Assembly: GCF_006345805.1 (NCBI RefSeq)
Contig: NW_021836374.1
Span: 1 to 28,706, forward strand
Source of the DNA: Octopus sinensis
Taxonomy: Eukaryota
Length of the DNA stretch: 28,706 bases
Direction of reading: 5' to 3'
This document shows positions 1-10,273 of this stretch, in pieces. A model generated the notes under the pieces. That model had not been told where the DNA came from. It did not search any database and saw only the letters and a program-made list of their open reading frames with translations. Position 1 is the first letter of the stretch; each line of letters starts with the position of its first letter. Made by a program: the position numbers and the translations under genes.

Positions 1-96
1 TGAGCTGCACATATGAGTGCTTCTGTCTCTCTCTTCAGGTCACTCCTCCTCATCCATATCCACTGGTCCTCTACATCTGTCTTGGAGTACACATCT
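1..96 (-). mobile_element. R4/Dong-clade LINE ORF fragment (5'-truncated; continues beyond the window's left edge)
   Basis: The minus strand translates as DVYSKTDVEDQWIWMRRSDLKRETEALICAA(Q), matching the W-x-x-x-x-LKxETExxIxAAQ motif found after the RT domain in R4/Dong elements. It abuts a (TAA)n tract. Confidence 0.75.
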
Positions 97-109
97 ATTA
101 TTATTATTA

Positions 110-163
<54 letters not shown>
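97..163. repeat. (ATT)n microsatellite
   Basis: Direct reading of the sequence. Confidence 0.95.
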
Positions 164-164
<1 letters not shown>

Positions 165-168
165 GTGA

Positions 169-423
169 GGATGAATGGCCCAGGGGTTAGGGTGTTACAT
201 TCGTGATTGTGAGATATTTATATGATGTTCCTAATGGTGTCATGTAAAAGATCACTTTGTTGTGCCCTGGAAAAAGCACGCCATACACTCTGCAAAGGGG
301 TTGGCATTAGGAAGGACATCCAGCTGTGGAAATTAACCTTACTATGGAATCTGGTGTGGTTCTTGGCATTGTCTGTTCCTGTCAAATTGTCCAACCCATT
401 CCAGCATTGAAGATAGATGTTAA
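169..423 (+). mobile_element. Degenerate tRNA-derived SINE with RTE-type 3' tail
   Basis: A-box-like TGGCCCAGGGGTTAGG head. The tail AGGAAGGACATCCAGCTGT...GTCCAACCCATTCCAGCAT resembles the RTE 3' end at 5470-5590. Confidence 0.6.
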
Positions 424-643
424 CCCTTTCGTTACCAACCTGGCTGAAACTGGCTCTGGTTCTAAGTACAAATGCCTTGTTTTCATAAGTTTTGAATTAA
501 AATCTTCCACCAAACCTTAGTCACAATTTATGTTCCTAATACCAGCTTAATGATAACGAAGTTATTTTACTAAATTCTTTGTTATATTTAAAATAATTGA
601 AAGAAACACAGAGCATCTCAACAGAAATATGGTAACAAAAGGG
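424..643. mobile_element. piggyBac-like MITE, copy 1
   Basis: TTAA at 420-423 and 644-647 flank the terminal inverted repeats CCCTTTCGTTACCA / TGGTAACAAAAGGG. No ORF. Confidence 0.8.
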
Positions 644-674
644 TTAAAATATATAATAGGGAAACAATTCTTAG

Positions 675-867
675 CCCTTTTGATACCAACCTGGCTGAAA
701 CTGGCTCTGGCTCTGAGTACAAATGTCTTGTTTTCATAAGTTCTGAATTAAAATCTTCCCAACACTAAGCTTAATGATAACTAAGTTATTTTACTAAATT
801 CTTTGTTATATTTTAAGTAATTGAAAGAAACACAGAGCATCTCAACATAAATACAGTAACGAAAGGG
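675..867. mobile_element. piggyBac-like MITE, copy 2 (internally deleted)
   Basis: Closely similar to 424-643. Termini are CCCTTTTGATACCA ... CAGTAACGAAAGGG, flanked by TTAG and TTAA. Confidence 0.75.
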
Positions 868-936
868 TTAAATGATGGTGGTGATACTGATGATGATAAT
901 GATGATGGCGATAACAATGGTGATTATGGTTTTGTA

Positions 937-1129
937 TGAGGAGGTGCTGAAAAGTTCCTGGCTTTGAGTAAAAAAAAATACAGGAGGATCGGCTAATTAT
1001 GGTTTTATCCAACATATTCCCCCTCTCGGATTCACACACTTATTGCAGTGGTCCTTCAGTTTTTCTAAGCCCTGTAAAAGAACTCAGAAGGCTGGATCTC
1101 CAGCCAGGCCTTTTATGATACCCCACTTG
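937..1129 (-). mobile_element. Tc1/mariner-derived MITE
   Basis: TA flanks with imperfect TIRs (GAGGAGGTGCTGAAAAGTTCCTGGCT / AGCCAGGCCTTTTATGATACCCCAC). The internal minus strand encodes a transposase C-terminal relic (LEKLKDHCNKCVN). An inverted homologue lies at 12041-12228. Confidence 0.75.
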
Positions 1130-2627
1130 TATATGAATCTTCTGTCTATGTGATACTTCTAGCAAAGGATATGATAAACCAGTAGAATATACTTGGCCAA
1201 GGCACTATGTATTAGGACGAAACCAGGAATTGTATAGTCATAATTCTGAAATGAAATTCTAAACCACATAACCATTTCTATGACATTTTTAACAATAGAA
1301 AAACATAAGCTCGTCTGATATGAAATATATCTATTCCCACTAAATATGCATACATACCTATCTACATACAGAAATGTGTGTGAGTGTGTTGTATGTGCTT
1401 GTGTGTGTGTGTATGTAAGTGTATGAATATATAGGTGATTAATATTGTTATATATACAGGTACAGGTAAAAAAAAGATATGTGGATATTTGAAACAACTA
1501 AAAGCCATTGAGGTAATGTTATTAAATCTAAAATATTATCTGAATCCTGGAAAATAGGTAACAAAAAAAGAAACACAAAAATATCAATTCTGAATTATTA
1601 TGAAGGCTTTTTTTTTCTTTTTCTTTTTTTTTTTTTTTGCTTTGCTTTGCTTTTTTCCTATAAAATTGTATTATTTGAAGATTTACTAAATTAAAACTGG
1701 ATATATAAAAGAGCAGAGATTGAAGTCTGAAGAAATTTATAATCTGAATATGACATCATACAAATGCAATCGATAACTGAATAAAAAAATATATACACAT
1801 GTGTATATATACATACGTATGTGTGTATGTGTGTCTTTGTCTGTGTGTGTATCTTTGTGTATATATACACATATATTTACATACATGTTACATATGTATG
1901 CACATATTGATATATATATATATATATGTATATATGAATGTATATATGTATGTATATAAGCATATGAACTCATACATATATGCATTGTTTCTATGTGGAG
2001 TTACATTTAAGAACAATTTAACATTAAGTTGAAGGATTACTTAATTTTTGCAAAAGTACAAATTTATTAAATTGAACAGGGCGGGCAAAACTTCAAACTT
2101 ATTGCCAACCTTCTCCTTGTAAAAGTTCAATAATTATTACATACATATATACATACATACATACATATAAAGATTTGTGTAGCATCATCCGTTTTTCTGT
2201 TCTTGTTTCATATACATTCGATCCTTTTCCCAAGAAATCTAATGCTCGTAGCTTAGTTTTTCCTTGGGGTTGGCCAGATCGGAGCAATCTCAAGATTAAT
2301 CAGCCGAAATTGCGAGGATGATCCGGTTCTTGACTGAAGATTAAAGGCTTCGAATGACCCATCCTTGTTTTTTTCATCGTCTATTTGGATGTTTAGCATT
2401 CTTCTCCCAATTTGTTTTTTTATATATATATATATATATAATCATCATTACCATTATTTAATGACTGTTTTCCATCCTGGCATGGGTTGGACAGTTTGAC
2501 ACCCAGAGCTGGTAAGATCAGGGACCTGAGTGCCTTTTATATAGCACCATATATACACACATATGTATATATGTGCATATATAAATGTGTCTATATGTTT
2601 ATATATATATGTAAGTATATATATGTG

Positions 2628-2662
<35 letters not shown>

Positions 2663-2710
2663 AAACAAGTCAAAATAGAAAATGCTAAAATAATTTTATA
2701 AAGAACATTT

Positions 2711-2748
2711 CAGTACCGGTTTCGGTCATTTTGAGACCTTTTCAACTG
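2711..2748 (-). ncRNA. Minimal type I hammerhead ribozyme, U3-A8 core variant
   Basis: The minus strand reads CAG UUGAAAA GGUC ucaaaau GACC GAAA CCGG UA CUG. This gives stem I CAG/CUG, stem II GGUC/GACC, palindromic stem III ACCGGU and a GUA cleavage triplet. Confidence 0.7.
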
Positions 2749-3019
2749 TAACGATTAAATAATTAAATTAGAAAAATTAGAAGAAAAGTTTTTTAAAGGA
2801 ATATTTGTATAGTTCAAATATAAGTGGCATTCTGCCTTTCTTGTCTCCCTGTTTGCACTTGTGTGTTCGAGGCGTGAATTCAAACGGCCTCCAACACACA
2901 AGTGCAAACAAGGGAGTCAGAGAAAGGCAGAATGCTACTTATATCTGAACACTACTATAGAAATATCTTTAAAAAAACTTTTCTTCTAATTTTTTCTAAA
3001 TTTAATTATTTAATCGTTA

Positions 3020-3056
3020 CAGTTGAAAGGTCTCAAAATGACCGAAACTGGTACTG
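3020..3056 (+). ncRNA. Mutated second copy of the same hammerhead ribozyme
   Basis: CAG UUGAAA GGUC ucaaaau GACC GAAA CUGG UA CUG. One core A is lost and the stem III palindrome is broken. Confidence 0.55.
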
Positions 3057-3141
3057 AAATGTTCTTTATAAAATTATTTTAGCATTTTCTATTTTGACTT
3101 GTTTTTTCATAATATCAATCGTGGTTCCTTTTCACCCTTAT

Positions 3142-3192
<51 letters not shown>

Positions 3193-3290
3193 TTATATAA
3201 ACATATATATAGATACATACTTATATATCACATATATTTATATGTATGTATGTAAGAGTGTGTGTGCCCCCAATGCCATATATATATATA

Positions 3291-3622
3291 CAAAATGAGA
3301 AAATGGAGAAATATATCTAAATCAATCAGCAACTATCAGATAATACCGAATCATATACTTTATTAAAACACTACACAATAGCAATGAGATTAGACATTAA
3401 TACAGTACAATAATTACAATCAATATGGTGAGATATAACTAAATAAATATAACAAGATATAAAAATACATTTACATTATAACTGACAGCTGTTTCAGCCA
3501 TGAAGATAGGTATGTCTCATTTAACCTATTAGCCATATAATGCAGGTATAAATGAGACATTAACAAGAATATCTTACGGCCTCTTCGGAGATTCTAGTGC
3601 ATTTACAACCCCTATCTCATTT
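3291..3622 (-). mobile_element. Probable Penelope-like pseudo-LTR fragment (second family) within (TA)n
   Basis: A unique island between (TA)n tracts that contains a minus-strand HHR, with a downstream minus-strand AATAAA (+ strand TTTATT at about 3359). Confidence 0.6.
3480..3593 (-). ncRNA. Type I hammerhead ribozyme with extended stem II
   Basis: The minus strand reads AAUCU CCGAAGA [GGCCGUAAGAUA...AUGUCUCAUUUA...UAAAUGAGACAU...UAUCUUCAUGGCU] GAAA CAGCUG UC AGUU. Stem III is palindromic (ACAGCUGU) with a GUC triplet. Confidence 0.75.
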
Positions 3623-3660
3623 TATATATATATATATATAGAAGAGAGAGAGAGAGAGAG

Positions 3661-4028
3661 AGGCACAGGAGTGGAGGAGTGGCTATGTGTAAGAAGTTTG
3701 CTTTCTGACCACATGGTTCCGGGTTCAGTCCTACTGCAGGACACTTTGGGCAAGTGTCTTCTACTATAGCCCCGGGCCAACCAAAGCCTTACAAATGGAT
3801 TTGTAGATGGACACTGAAAGAAATCTGCTCTGTGTGTGTGTGACTTTGTGTTTATCTCCCACCACTGCTTGACAACCAGTATTGGTGTGTTTACATTCCT
3901 GTAGGCAAAATAGACAAATAGAATAAGTACTAAGTTGAATAAAATAAAGTGTCTGGGTCGATACATTCGACTAAAATTTCTCCAAAACACTGCTCCAGCA
4001 TAGCCAGTCAAATGACAGAAACATGTAA
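3661..4028 (+). mobile_element. tRNA-derived composite SINE (octopus-type), diverged
   Basis: B box GGTTCAGTCC and CORE-like CTTTGGGCAAGTGTCTT. Layout is the same as 21815-22230. Confidence 0.8.
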
Positions 4029-4035
4029 CAGATCT

Positions 4036-4143
4036 GCGTGGTACCTTGGGCAGGTGTCTTTTGCTATAGTTTCAGGCTGACAGAATCTTATTGAGTGGAT
4101 TTGTTGAGTTGAGGGAAACTGAAGGAAGCTTGTCATATGTATG

Positions 4144-4175
<32 letters not shown>

Positions 4176-4490
4176 TGGAGTGGTTGGCGTTAGGAAGGGC
4201 ATCCAGCTGTAGAAACACTGCCATATCAGACCGGAGCCTTGTGCTGTCCCTGGCTTCCCAGACCCCGGTCAAACCGTCCAACCCATGCTAGCGCGGAAAA
4301 CGGACGTTAAACGATGATGATGATGATGATGATGATGTGTGTGATTGCTGTGTGGTTAGGGAGCTTGCTTCCTAGCTATATGGTTTTGGGTTCAGTCCCA
4401 CTGCGTGGCACTTTGGGTAGGTGTCTTCTAGTATAGCCCCGCGCCAACCTAAGCTTTGTGATTGAATTCGGTAGGCAGAAGTTACTGCCG
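4036..4490 (+). mobile_element. Cluster of SINE fragments plus an RTE-type 3' tail (4178-4336) ending in (GAT)n
   Basis: Matches to the other in-window SINE copies. 4178-4336 is nearly identical to 5453-5610. Confidence 0.7.
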
Positions 4491-5039
4491 TGTGTGTATG
4501 TGTGCGTATAGCTGCTCAGTGCCTCTCCGAAAGAGAGAGAGAGGATATATATATATATATATATATAATATATATATATTATATAATATATATATATATA
4601 CTCAAACAAACTATTTTCCAGATTTTTTTAACAGCACTTATCATACAAAAGAATTATATACATTCAAAAGTATTTTAATCATCATCATAATTGTTATCAT
4701 CATCATTGTTGTTTTAACTTGGACATTTATATATTTGAATGGGTCAGATGGAATTCAGTGGAACAAATTTTCTATGGCCACGTCCCCTTCTTGTTGCCAA
4801 TCTTCAAGTAAGGTTTCCAAATTGGTGATAATTTCCCATGACTTGACATGTTTCTCACAGAAGACTGGAAATCAAGGACATCACTCACTTCCAACTATTG
4901 CATAAAGCCTAGACCAGGAACCACAAATGTACACACAAACCTATATACATGCACACATATGTACAGATCTGATGAAATGGTTAGGTTATGTAATAAATTG
5001 ATGTAACATATTATTGAGCAAATAAACAGCCTTCCTATA

Positions 5040-5610
5040 GAAACAGGATGAGGTGGGGAAGCACAATCTTCGAACATTAGGTCTTACTGAGGCAATGACT
5101 AGTGACTGAGACCTTTGGAAATATGCTGCGCGTGAGAAGACCTGGCAGGACAAGTGAGACCATAAACCAGGGCCTTTATCTCTGGGATGTAGCCATTGGA
5201 CACAAAACTCTGCTTGCAAAGACCTGTTGAGGAAAGTGAAATCGAAATCGATCAAAAAATCAATGGAAATTGTAGCTGTGATACCAGTGCCGGTGGCACG
5301 TAAAAAGCACCATCCGAATGTGGCCGTTGCCAGTGCTGCCATGACTGGCTTCCATGCCAGTGGCACATAAAAAGCACCAACCGATCGTGGCCATTGCCAG
5401 CCTCGCCTGGCACCTATGCTGGTGGCACATAAAAAGCACCCACTACACTCATGGAGTGGTTGGTGTTAGGAAGGGCATCCAGCTGTAGAAACACTGCCAG
5501 ATCAGACTGGAGCCTGGTGCAGCCTCCTGGCTTCCCAGACCCTGGTCGAACCGTCCAACCCATGCTAGCATGGAAAGTGGACGTTAAACGATGATGATGA
5601 TGATGATGAT
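5040..5610 (+). mobile_element. RTE-clade LINE 3' end (ORF C-terminus, 3' UTR and (GAT)n tail)
   Basis: Translates as KQDEVGKHNLRTLGLTEAMTSD*DLWKYAAREKTWQDK*, resembling the RTE C-terminal W...DL..LGL...A.DR..W pattern. The UTR has repeated GGTGGCACRTAAAAAGCACC and the element ends ACGTTAAAC(GAT)n. Confidence 0.75.
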
Positions 5611-5694
5611 ATGTACTTATATTTGTTTGTGTGTTATGTGTGATAACAAGGTATCATAAGCAAAAGATGTGCTTTTAATGTGGAAATAGCATGA

Positions 5695-5895
5695 GTGCTT
5701 TCTATGTGATGCTGGGATGTGCACCTTTTATACGACACCAGCGCACGTGCTTTTTTACATGGCACCAGCAAAAGTGATCTTTATGTGGTTCCAGCACCAG
5801 TGCTTTTTTGATGGAACCGGCATGAGTCTTCTATACATAGCACCGACACAAGTGCCTTTTACATGGCACTGGCACAAGTGCCATTTACATGGCAC
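5695..5895 (-). repeat. Degenerate ~23-bp tandem repeat related to the RTE 3' UTR motif
   Basis: Repeated TGCTTTTTACATGGCACC-like units, the reverse complement of GGTGGCACATAAAAAGCA at 5290-5440. Confidence 0.55.
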
Positions 5896-6620
5896 ATGCA
5901 TCACAACCATATGTGAGTGACATAGTGGTCTCATATCAAGATTAACAGTGCCTGACCTTGTAGTTGGGGGTCTAGTTAGAATTTTCTTCAAGTCGAGTAG
6001 TCATCCTTGCTCAAAAGGTCCCTGAATAAGGGTTGTTTAAGGATGTTGAACGAAGCACCCATGTTTCCAGAGGTGAATTATTCAAACCCCAAAGAATTCC
6101 TCTTAATACATGGCTAGAGGAATTACAACTGTGTTTCGTGGTCTGCTACCACAACAGCTCCTTTATAGGATCCAGTTTGCTCAAGACATCATCAGGAGGA
6201 ACCATGTCCGGTTTCGGCCCCTACTCCTCTACCGTTTTGACGTGGCGGGCCCCCCCCCTTTTGGAGGTGTCTCCAGCTCTGGTGTTGGGTGCATGTCTTC
6301 TTTCTTCTTCTTTCTTCTGTTCCCTGGCCTCTTTGATGTATCGTCAGCGAGTGCCAGCCGGTGACTGACTGTCTTGTCAAATTTTTCTCTCTAAATACCT
6401 GCCGCTAGGCTCCAGCATTCAGCCCAGCAAGTTGTCACGTGACACTGTCTCACCTTAACTGACTAGTGAACGCGTGTAGTTTTAGCCCGTGGTTTTTCTA
6501 AACGACTGCTTCAGCTCGTGATCAGAGATGCACATATCGTCAGCCACTAAGGGACATGCTCAACTGGTTAAGGTCAAACAACTGACAAGCAAATCTGTGG
6601 TATTGAGCAGAATATTTGCT
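5891..6620 (-). mobile_element. Interspersed retroposon repeat, apparently interrupted by a GC-richer insert at about 6117-6512
   Basis: 5892-6094 is homologous to 7552-7748, which carries an (AAT)n tail on the minus strand. Confidence 0.55.
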
Positions 6621-6893
6621 TTAATGAGTTTACACTGTACTTAGTAGCCTGTATTATTCTGTCTACAATGTATTCAGAATAAAGTGCATGTTGTGCACTC
6701 TTATTTCGAATGCAGTGTATTCTATAAAACAGCGTATTTAGCAAATTTCAGTTTTAAGAACTTCATTCACCATGTCTGCAAAAGAAAATATTAAAGTGAA
6801 AATGACAATGTATTCAGAAAAACCAAAAGATGCACAACGTAATTTAGAAACAGTAATTAACTGTAATATAATTAAATAACATTCACATATTAT

Positions 6894-6894
<1 letters not shown>

Positions 6895-6933
<39 letters not shown>

Positions 6934-7030
6934 CTCTCTCTCTCTCTCTCTCTTTCTTTCTCTCTCTCTCTCTCTCTTCTCTCTCACTCTTTCTCTCCCC
7001 CTCTCTCTCTCTTTCTCACTCTCTCTTCTG
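6895..7030. repeat. (CT)n microsatellite
   Basis: Direct reading of the sequence. Confidence 0.95.
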
Positions 7031-7409
7031 CTCACCTGTAATCAATGATTAGCATCTTACTTAACATGATATAGTTTTGATGTTACCAAACAACAAGGTA
7101 CGACAACAGAAACCAGGGCATCCAGGTGTGCAGCCCTGCCCGAAGAAATCTCACCCAACTCATTCTAGCATAAAAGGAGAAGAGATTAAAAATAATGATG
7201 ATGACGATGATGATGATGACAGTCATGATGATGATGAGGAGGAGGATGAGGGCTATTAATTTGAGTTCAAATATCACAAAACTTGACTTTCCCTATCATT
7301 CTTTCAGGCTCAAAGAAGGGAGTTGCAATTAAACAGTGGGGTCAATGTAATTGACTTATTCCCTTCCTTGATATGGCTGCTCTTGTGCCAATATTTGAAA
7401 CCATTACAA

Positions 7410-7748
7410 TTATTATTGTCATTGTTATTATTGTTATTATTATTATTATTATTGAGTGAGAGAGCAGTGCATGCCATCAAAGTGACACTGGGGTAAAATA
7501 TACAAAGCCCAGTAAACCATCATGACTACCTGTCTGATAAGGGTACACCAAGCACATGCATCACAACCATATGTGAGTGACATGGTGATTATCAGGATTA
7601 ACAGCTCATGACCTTGCAGGGGGGCCCAGTTAGAATTTTCTTCAAATCAAGTAGCCATCCTTGCTCAAAAGGTCCCTGAATAAGGGTTTTTTAAGTATGT
7701 TGAACGAAACACCCATGTTTCCAGAGGTGAATTATCCAAATCCCAAAG
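7410..7748 (-). mobile_element. Retroposon 3' end with (AAT)n tail
   Basis: The minus strand ends ...GCATGCACTGCTCTCTCACTC(AAT)n. A second copy begins at 5892. Confidence 0.6.
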
Positions 7749-8405
7749 CAAAGTCGACTTCAACGGAATTTGAACTCAGAACGTAACAGCAGACGAAATA
7801 CGTATTTCTTTACTACCCACAAGGGGCTACACACAGAGCGGACAAACAAGGACAGACAAACGGAATAAGTTGATTATATCGACCCCAGTGCGTAACTGGT
7901 ACTTTATTTAATCGACCCCGAAAAGATGAAAGGCAAAGTCGACCTCGGCGGAATTTGAACTCAGAACGTAGCGGCAGACGAAATACCTATTTCTTTACTA
8001 CCCACAAGGGGCTAAACACAGAGGGGACAAACAAGGACAGACAAATGGGTTAAGTTGATTATATCGACCCCAGTGCGTAACTGGTACTTTATTTAATTGA
8101 CCCCGAAAAGATGAAAGACAAAGTCGACCTCGGCGGAATTTGAACTCAGAACGTAGCGGCAGACGAAATACCTATTTCTTTACTACCCACAAGGGGCTAA
8201 ACACAGAGGGGACAAACAAGGACAGACAAATGGATTAAGTCGATTATATCGACCCCAGTGCGTAACTGGTACTTATTTAATTGACCCTGAAAGGATGAAA
8301 AGGCAAAGTCGACCTCGGCGGAATTTGAACTCCGAACGTAGCGGCAGATGAAGTACCGTTAAGCATTTCACCTGGCATGCTAATGTTTCTGCCAGCTCTC
8401 TGCCC
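7749..8405 (-). mobile_element. tRNA-derived SINE (Meta-domain-like) expanded as a 185-bp tandem array
   Basis: CAAAGTCGAC occurs at 7749, 7934, 8119 and 8304 (exact 185-bp period). Only the unit at about 8340-8405 has the 5' head. The core GTCGACTTTGCCTTTCATCCTTTCGGGGTCGAT..AAGTACC resembles the Meta/Sauria SINE domain. A monomer lies at 15429-15660. Confidence 0.8.
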
Positions 8406-8799
8406 TCCTGTTGAGCAGACAGTTCTGTGGATCAAAACTTCTGGAACCATCATCATTATAACCGATGGGGTACCGGTTAATTATTTCTACTTAAACGCTT
8501 GACCTTCCCATTCTCATTAGAGGATTAAACAAGATGATTAAAGATTCATTATTCCGATGACTGATCAGTTTGGTAAGAATATTGTTTCCAAGATCGATTA
8601 ACATCCAAGGTGACACTCAAGGTGCTGCTGGATTAGAAGTATTTACGGTTCAATGAACAAAGTCAGTTGGGATAAATTGCCATAATTAACAGGGAAAAGC
8701 TAAGGGTTACTAACAAGAAGAAGGGCATCTGAAGAGATGCTGCCGTCTCGAAATGTCTTGTCCAACTCTCCTGCATGAATGTGAAGAGCAAACATTAAT

Positions 8800-9550
8800 A
8801 TGAGGATGATGATGATAATGGTGAGGACATTGATGATGATGATGATGATGATAATGATGGTGAGATAGTGATGATGATGATGAAAGCAATGATGACGATG
8901 ATGACAACAACGATGATGATAATGATGGCAAAAATAGCAATGATGATGATGATGACGATGATGATGATGATGATGATGATGATGGTAATGGAGATGATGA
9001 CGATGATGATGATGATGGCAATTATGGCGATGATGATGATGATGGTGGTGATGATGATGGTGATGTTGATGATGATGATGACGATGATGATGGCAAATAT
9101 GGCGATTATGATTATGATTATGATGATGATGATGATGTTTGATAGTGATGGTAATGGAGATGATGACGATGATGATGATGATGATGATGATGGTGGCAAA
9201 GATGGCGATGATGATGATGATGATGATGTTTGATATTGATGGTAATGGAGATGATGACGATGATGATGATGATGATGATGATGGTGGCAAAGATGGCGAT
9301 GATGATGATGATGATGATGTTTGATATTGATGGTAATGGAGATGATGACGATGATGATGATGATGGGAATTATGGCAATGATGATGATGAAAGCAATGGA
9401 CACAACGACAATGATGATGGCAAAGATGGTGATGATGATTATGATGATGATGTTTGATAGTGATGGAAATGATGATGATGATGATGTTAATGGAAATGAT
9501 GATGATGATGATGATAATGGTGGTGATGATGACAATGATGATGATGAAGA
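8800..9550. repeat. Compound (GAT)n microsatellite with 91-bp higher-order units
   Basis: TTTGATA(G/T)TGATGGTAATGGAGATGATGACG recurs near 9139, 9230 and 9321. Confidence 0.9.
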
Positions 9551-9805
9551 TAACATCGATAACAAATTTGTTCTTGAGAGTATTCTTGTCTTCCATTTTC
9601 CCCCGCAAACACTTAAGAAGGTGTTTGATCAACTTTTCCAATAATATTTTAATTTTTGCCAGACTTATTACCGTCATCTGGCAAAACAGACGCTAACGTA
9701 TTTAAAGTTAACAAACCAAGAAGTTTAAATTAATAAAAATTACGTTCGAAAAAGACAATTTCATTTTCTTAATTTTTAATTATGGTCATGAAAGGTAAAA
9801 GGAGA

Positions 9806-9869
9806 CATCATTATCAACAGCATCATCATCATCATCATCATCATTATCTTCTTCATCATCATCATCTTC

Positions 9870-9906
<37 letters not shown>

Positions 9907-10150
9907 TATTACCTTCATCATCATCATCATCATCATCATCATTATCTTCTTCATCATCATCATTACCTTCATCATCATCATCATCATCATCATTACCTTC
10001 ATCATTGTCATCATCATCATCAACATTATTATCATCATCATCATTACCTTCATCATCATCATCATCATCTTCATCATCATCATTATCATTATCATCATCA
10101 TCATCTTCATCACCATCATCATCATCATCATCATTATCATCATCATTACC

Positions 10151-10183
<33 letters not shown>

Positions 10184-10237
10184 TTCATCATCATCTTCAT
10201 CATCGTCATCATCATCATCATTATCATCATCATTACC

Positions 10238-10273
<36 letters not shown>

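Larger units (their letters stand above)
2657..3145. mobile_element. ~455-bp palindrome: head-to-head inverted pair of probable Penelope-like pseudo-LTR fragments within (TA)n
   Basis: 2657-~2875 is the near-perfect reverse complement of ~2885-3111, centred near GAATTC. Each arm holds an HHR motif, and both sides are flanked by (TA)n. Confidence 0.75.

Noticed and set aside
7749-8405. Regular repeats suggestive of a CRISPR array
   Set aside because: The whole 185-bp unit repeats with no unique spacers, there are no cas genes, and the context is a eukaryotic SINE.
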